A DNA stretch of 64,000 nucleotides from positions 85,061-149,060 of the forward strand of contig DAOTCN010000001.1 in the NCBI GenBank assembly GCA_035453125.1, read 5' to 3'. Position numbers and translations under genes: made by a program. The notes under the pieces are model-generated. The model saw only the letters and a program-made list of their open reading frames with translations, had not been told where the DNA came from and ran no database searches. Below, one piece after another: positions 58,959 to 64,000 of the stretch. Position 1 is the first letter of the stretch. The number at the start of each line of letters is the position of its first letter. Source of the DNA: Minisyncoccota bacterium. Its GTDB lineage: Archaea > Nanobdellota > Nanobdellia > Pacearchaeales > GW2011-AR1.

Positions 58959-61900
58959 ATGACACCAGAAGAAAAATCAGAAGCTGAACAACGAAGAGAA
59001 AAACTTAAGAAAAATATTGAAGCAAAAGAGTTAGTTGAAGCTGAAATATCTGGTGAAATGAGAAAGGCTTATATTAATTATGCAATGAGTGTTATTGTTG
59101 CAAGAGCTTTGCCTGCTGCTGAAGATGGTTTGAAACCAGTTCATAGAAGAATTTTGTGGGCAATGAATGAGATTGGACTTCAAGCTAATAAACCAACAAA
59201 AAAATCTGCAAGAATTGTTGGAGATGTTCTTGGTAAATATCATCCTCATGGAGATGTTGCTGTTTATGATTCTTTAGTTAGAATGGCTCAACCATTTTCT
59301 TTAAGATATCCTTTAGTTAAAGGTCAAGGAAATTTTGGTTGTTTTACAGCAGATACAAAAGTTAAACTTGTTAGTGGAAGAGATTTATCTTTTTCAGAAT
59401 TAATTGAAGAACATCAACAAGGAAAGAGAAATTTTACATTTACTGTTGATGATGGGAAAATAAAGATAGCTGAAATAAAAAATCCAAGATTAACAAGAGA
59501 AAATGCAGAGATTATGAAAGTTATTTTAGATAATGGTGAAGAGATAAAATGTACACTTAATCATAAGTTTATGTTAAAAGATGGAAGTTATAAAGAAGCT
59601 AATGAATTAGAATCTGGAGATTCTTTAATGCCGGCTTATTTTAGACTTTCTACAAAACAAGATGATTCAAAAGCTATTGGTTATACAATGGTTTTACAGC
59701 CAAATTCTGATTCATGGAATTTTGTTCATATTTTGTCTGATGAGTGGAATATAAACAATGGAGTTTATACAAATTCTGCAGGAAGAGTAAGACATCATGT
59801 GAATTTTAATAAGTTAAATAATAATCCTGATAATATCCGAAGAATGAACTGGAAGGATCATTGGCAAACACATTATGATTTTATTTCTACTAAGCATAAA
59901 ATTGATCCAGAATATAGATTTAAACTAGATGAAGGAAGAAAAAAGTTTTGGGATAATCCAGAAAATAGAGAAATTTATTCTAAAAGAATGAGTCAGAGAA
60001 ATTTTGCAAACTGGAAAAATGAAGAATATAGAAATGAAATGACTTTAACTTTAAGTGAAGTAAATAAAACATACTTGAAAGAACATCCTGAAAGAGTTGA
60101 AGAAATAAGTAAAACTGCTTCAATAACTATGAAAAGATTATGGCAAATTCCTGAATATAAGCAGTTGTTTCATGATAAAATTGTTACAAATAATAAGAAA
60201 AGAGAAACAAATTTAACTGGAAAGAAAAAGTTTGTTAAAATTTGTGATTATTTATTAAAAAATAATTTAGAATTAAATCAAGAAAATTTTGAAAAAGTTA
60301 GAAAAGAAGTTTTTGGTACAAAAAGCTTTACCTCTTGGGATTTAGGAGTTAAGAAGTATTTTGAGAATGATAAAAATTTAATTTTATGTGAAATTAACGG
60401 TAATCATAAAGTTGTTTCAACTGAACTATTACATGAGTTTGTTGATGTTTATGATATAACAATAGATAAGACACATAATTTTGCTCTTGCCTCTGGAGTT
60501 TTTGTTCATAATTCAATGGATGGTGATCCTCCAGCAGCTATGAGGTATACTGAAGCTAAAATGGAAAAAATTTCTGAAGAATTATTAGAAGATATTGAAA
60601 AGAAAACTGTAAAAATGCTTTCTAATTTTGATAATACTCTTGATGAACCTGAATTACTTCCAGGTAAAGTTCCTAATTTGTTAATTAATGGAGCATCAGG
60701 AATTGCTGTTGGTATGGCTACAAATATGCCTCCACATAATTTAACAGATGTTTGTGATGCTATTATAAGATATATTGAAGATCCTGAAGTTAAAATTGAA
60801 GAATTGATTAAAATTGTTAAAGCTCCTGATTTTCCAACAGGCGGTTATGTTTCTGGTGAAATGAAAAATATGTATCTAACTGGAAGAGGAAAGATGGTTG
60901 TTAGAGGAAGAACAAAGATTGATGACTCGGGGAATAAACCAAAAATAATCATTTCTGAGATTCCTTATATGGTTAATAAAGCAACACTTATTGAAGATAT
61001 TGCTAATCTTGTAAAAGATAAAAAACTTCCAGATATTTCAGATATAAGAGATGAATCTGCAAAGGGAAAAGTAAGAGTTGTTATTGAATTACGAAAAGAA
61101 TCTGATCCTAAATTTACATTAAATAGACTATTTAAGTTTACAAGATTACAAGACCGGTTTGATGCAATTATGCTTGCTTTAGTTAATGGTCAGCCTAAAT
61201 TATTGAATTTGAAACAACTTATAGAATGTTATGTTAATCATAGAAGAAAAGTTATAAGGAAAAGATCTGAATTTGATTTGAATAAAGCAGAGGATAGACT
61301 TCATATTGTTTTAGGGTTATTAATTGCACAGAAGAATATTGATGAAATAATTCATTTAATTAAAAAATCAAAAGCAACTGCAGAAGCTTCACAAGCTTTA
61401 CAAACTAAATACGGTCTTTCACAAAAACAAGCTCAAGCTATTCTTGAGATAAGATTACAACAGTTAACTTCTCTTGAACTTGAAAAATTGAAAAAAGAAG
61501 AGACTGATTTGAATGAACTAATTTTTGAATTGAAAAAAATACTTGGCGATGAAAAAGAAATTTTGAAAATAATTAAGAAAGAGTTAAATGAGATAAAGAA
61601 AAATTATGGTGATGAAAGAAAAACTACAATACTTGAAACAGTAAAGGAATTTGAAGAAAAAGACCTTGTAAGTAAAGAAGATGCTGTTATTACAGTAACT
61701 GATAAAGGTTATATAAAAAGAATGCCTTTCAAAGCTTATCATGAGCAAAAAAGAGGCGGAAAAGGAATTATTGGAACTGAACTTTCAACTGATGATTTTG
61801 TAAAACAAATAATTAGTTGTTCAACACATGATTATTTATTATTATTTACTAAACGAGGAAGAATGTTTTGGCTTAAAGCTTATAAAGTTCCTGAAACGCA

Positions 61901-62633
61901 AAGATATGGAAAAGGACAAGCAGTCATTAATCTATTGAATATTAAAGATGATTTTGTTACAAATATTATCTCAGTTAAAGATTTTAAAGGATATTTGTTT
62001 ATGGTTACAAAGAATGGACAAGTTAAAAAAATTGATTTGAAATTATTTGCAAAGCCAAGATCTGGAGGTATAAGAATAATTAATCTTCCTTTGGACAATT
62101 CAGATAGTGTTGTTGATGTAAGAGTTATTTCAGAAAAACAAGAAGTAATGCTTATGACTGCAGAAGGACAGGCAATTAGATTTAATTCAGATGAAGTAAG
62201 ATCAATGGGAAGAGCAAGTTATGGTGTTGCTGGAATTAAACTTGAAAAAGATTATGTTGTGAGTATGGAGGTTGTTCCTATTGAAAAAACAAAAGAAACA
62301 ATTATGACTGTTACTGAAAAAGGATATGGAAAAAGAAGTGAAATTGAAGATTATAGATTAACTGGAAGAGCAGGAAAAGGTGTAATCAATGTTAAAGTTA
62401 CAGATAAAACTGGAAAGGTTATTAGAACAATTGCAGTTGAAGAAAGAGATACGATTGTTGTAACAACAAAGAAAGGAATTGTAATAAGAACTCCTATAAA
62501 ATCAATAAGGGTTATGGGTAGAGCAACTCAAGGCGTTAGAGTGATAAATTTGAAAGAAGGAGATAAAGTTGGAGATGTTACAAAGCTTGTTGAAGGTGAG
62601 AATGAAGACGGAACTATTCAGGAAAAGTTATGA
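58959..62633 (+). CDS. gyrA: DNA gyrase subunit A, intein-containing precursor
   Basis: 1224 aa; extein junction GQGNFG|(intein)|[14 protein letters not shown] with active-site Tyr; beta-pinwheel C-terminal domain. Confidence 0.9.
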   Translation: MTPEEKSEAEQRREKLKKNIEAKELVEAEISGEMRKAYINYAMSVIVARALPAAEDGLKPVHRRILWAMNEIGLQANKPTKKSARIVGDVLGKYHPHGDVAVYDSLVRMAQPFSLRYPLVKGQGNFGCFTADTKVKLVSGRDLSFSELIEEHQQGKRNFTFTVDDGKIKIAEIKNPRLTRENAEIMKVILDNGEEIKCTLNHKFMLKDGSYKEANELESGDSLMPAYFRLSTKQDDSKAIGYTMVLQPNSDSWNFVHILSDEWNINNGVYTNSAGRVRHHVNFNKLNNNPDNIRRMNWKDHWQTHYDFISTKHKIDPEYRFKLDEGRKKFWDNPENREIYSKRMSQRNFANWKNEEYRNEMTLTLSEVNKTYLKEHPERVEEISKTASITMKRLWQIPEYKQLFHDKIVTNNKKRETNLTGKKKFVKICDYLLKNNLELNQENFEKVRKEVFGTKSFTSWDLGVKKYFENDKNLILCEINGNHKVVSTELLHEFVDVYDITIDKTHNFALASGVFVHNSMDGDPPAAMRYTEAKMEKISEELLEDIEKKTVKMLSNFDNTLDEPELLPGKVPNLLINGASGIAVGMATNMPPHNLTDVCDAIIRYIEDPEVKIEELIKIVKAPDFPTGGYVSGEMKNMYLTGRGKMVVRGRTKIDDSGNKPKIIISEIPYMVNKATLIEDIANLVKDKKLPDISDIRDESAKGKVRVVIELRKESDPKFTLNRLFKFTRLQDRFDAIMLALVNGQPKLLNLKQLIECYVNHRRKVIRKRSEFDLNKAEDRLHIVLGLLIAQKNIDEIIHLIKKSKATAEASQALQTKYGLSQKQAQAILEIRLQQLTSLELEKLKKEETDLNELIFELKKILGDEKEILKIIKKELNEIKKNYGDERKTTILETVKEFEEKDLVSKEDAVITVTDKGYIKRMPFKAYHEQKRGGKGIIGTELSTDDFVKQIISCSTHDYLLLFTKRGRMFWLKAYKVPETQRYGKGQAVINLLNIKDDFVTNIISVKDFKGYLFMVTKNGQVKKIDLKLFAKPRSGGIRIINLPLDNSDSVVDVRVISEKQEVMLMTAEGQAIRFNSDEVRSMGRASYGVAGIKLEKDYVVSMEVVPIEKTKETIMTVTEKGYGKRSEIEDYRLTGRAGKGVINVKVTDKTGKVIRTIAVEERDTIVVTTKKGIVIRTPIKSIRVMGRATQGVRVINLKEGDKVGDVTKLVEGENEDGTIQEKL
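59340..60512 (+). mobile_element. GyrA intein (391 aa) with HNH-type homing endonuclease segment
   Basis: Starts with Cys after GNFG, ends ..VFVHN followed by Ser; internal [26 protein letters not shown] resembles an HNH motif. Confidence 0.85.
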
Positions 62634-62692
62634 TAAATTAATCTGTTTTAAATTGTTTAAATGCTTATAAATCATCTTTTCTTTTTTATAAC

Positions 62693-63451
62693 ATGATAAG
62701 TATAGTTATTATAACAAAAAATGAGGAAAAATACCTTCCTAAGCTTTTGAATTCTATTAAAAAGCAGAATTTTAAAGATTATGAAATAATTGTTTCAGAT
62801 GCGAGTTCAACAGATAACACTCGTGAAATTGCAAGATTTTATGGTTGTAAAGTTATTGATGGTGGTTTACCAAGTGTTGGGAGAAATAGTGGTGCAAGAG
62901 TAGCAAGTGGAGATGTTTTAATGTTTTTGGATGCAGATGGAATTATTCCAAAAGATTTTTTGAAAAAATCTTTTGAGGAGTTTAAAAGAAGAAGACTGTC
63001 TTGTGCAAGTTGTTTTTATATTCCAATTGAAAATAGAGTTGTTGATAGAATGCTTTATTTGATTTATAGTATATTAACTTTGGTACTTCAATATATTTCA
63101 CCTCATGCTGGAGGATATTGTATAATTGTTAGAAAAAATGTTTTTGAACGTGTAAAAGGATTTGATGAAAATTTACCTATTTCTGAAGATCATCATTTTG
63201 CTAAGAAATGTTCAAAGGTTGGAAAGTTTAGAGTTTTATTATCAAGTTATGTTATGGGAGATATGAGAAAATTCAAAACAGAGGGCAGGTTAAGTATATT
63301 TGTTAAATATCTTTATTATGGAATTTATAGAATATATTTTGGTGATAGTAAAAAGCCGGTTATTAGCTATAATTTACATGGAGGGGTAAAAATAAAAAGG
63401 GGAAATTCTTCATATTTATATGAAAAAACTGAATATACTTCTCGTTTGTGA
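62693..63451 (+). CDS. family 2 glycosyltransferase
   Basis: 252 aa; IVIITKNEE..DYEIIVSDASSTD..DADG (DxD) GT-A fold motifs. Confidence 0.75.
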   Translation: MISIVIITKNEEKYLPKLLNSIKKQNFKDYEIIVSDASSTDNTREIARFYGCKVIDGGLPSVGRNSGARVASGDVLMFLDADGIIPKDFLKKSFEEFKRRRLSCASCFYIPIENRVVDRMLYLIYSILTLVLQYISPHAGGYCIIVRKNVFERVKGFDENLPISEDHHFAKKCSKVGKFRVLLSSYVMGDMRKFKTEGRLSIFVKYLYYGIYRIYFGDSKKPVISYNLHGGVKIKRGNSSYLYEKTEYTSRL

Positions 63452-64000
63452 TGCAATAATTCAACAAACTGGAGGTTCCTTTATTTCAACTTTAAGATTT
63501 GCTGAACTTTTACATAAGAAAGGACATAAAGTAATCATTCTTGCTGCAAAATATCCTAAAACAAAAAAGATTGAATATTATAATGGAATAAAAGTTTATA
63601 GAGCATCTCCTGCTTTTTGCGTTCCAAAATTTGAAAAGAGAATTGCTTTTGCTATTCCTTCTTCAAGAACGATTAAAAAAATTATTAAAAAAGAAGATAT
63701 AAATGTTGTTCATGTAACTTTGCCAACTCCTTTAACTCTTGCTGCAATCAAGGCTGCAAAATCTTTAAGTATTAAGGTAGTAACTCATTCTCATGCTCAA
63801 CCAGAAAACGTATTTTTACATGCACCAAAATTTTTGCAAATTAAGTTTATAAATGATTTGTTTTATAAATATTTAATTTGGATTTATAAAAAAGGAGATA
63901 TTATTCTTTGTCCATCTAAATTTGCTGAAAGTCTTATAAAAAGATATGATTCTAATTTAAAAACAAAAGTAATTAGTAATGGTGTTGATTTAACTAAATT
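63418..64000 (+). CDS. family 4 (GT-B) glycosyltransferase, 3'-truncated at the window edge
   Basis: MKKLNILLVCDAIIQQTGGSFISTLRFAELLHKKGHKVIIL... typical GT4 N-terminal domain; overlaps the GT2 stop by 34 nt; runs off the window. Confidence 0.55.

Noticed and set aside
1-64000. CRISPR arrays
   Set aside because: No direct-repeat/spacer periodicity was seen anywhere. Repeats found are paralogous gene segments, the tRNA 3' duplication and the DGR VR/TR pair.

Overview
The window is AT-rich (about 28-30% GC by eye) and clearly archaeal. It encodes TBP, an MCM helicase, a thermosome subunit, ribosomal proteins L10e, L35Ae, L7Ae, S28e and L24e, Kae1, PEP synthase, D-3-phosphoglycerate dehydrogenase, and DNA gyrase B and A. 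The gyrA gene carries a 391-aa intein with an HNH-type endonuclease segment. There are three tRNA genes (Val, Gly, Tyr candidates), each with a long intron at the canonical 37/38 position. Gene content and composition resemble a small-genome DPANN-like archaeon; that lineage call is inference.

The most notable locus is a complete diversity-generating retroelement (DGR) at 32.5-35.2 kb. It has a reverse transcriptase with the DGR-type LGxxxSQ motif and a target gene carrying a 91-bp variable repeat (VR). A 91-bp template repeat (TR) lies downstream and differs from the VR at exactly 10 positions, every one an adenine in the TR. A GC-rich hairpin follows the VR. The order is RT, then target, then TR. 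The target has no signal peptide, and the RT carries a C-terminal helical extension.

The DGR sits in an accessory island (about 29.3-38.1 kb) bounded by the intron-containing tRNA-Val and tRNA-Gly genes. The island also holds a 14-nt duplicate of the tRNA-Val 3' end, small HExxH, zinc-ribbon and AbrB-like genes, secreted proteins, and an orphan type I hsdM interrupted by an in-frame TAA.

Elsewhere there is a MazF toxin-antitoxin pair next to mcm, and an unusual density of nucleotidyltransferase/HEPN modules: two tandem MNT paralogs with an HTH-like N-terminus, a HEPN partner, and two NTase-HEPN fusions, one of 600 aa. Several Tat- or Sec-secreted proteins are present, including cysteine-rich repeat proteins. 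A GC-rich structured segment downstream of tRNA-Tyr is a candidate ncRNA. No CRISPR array was seen.
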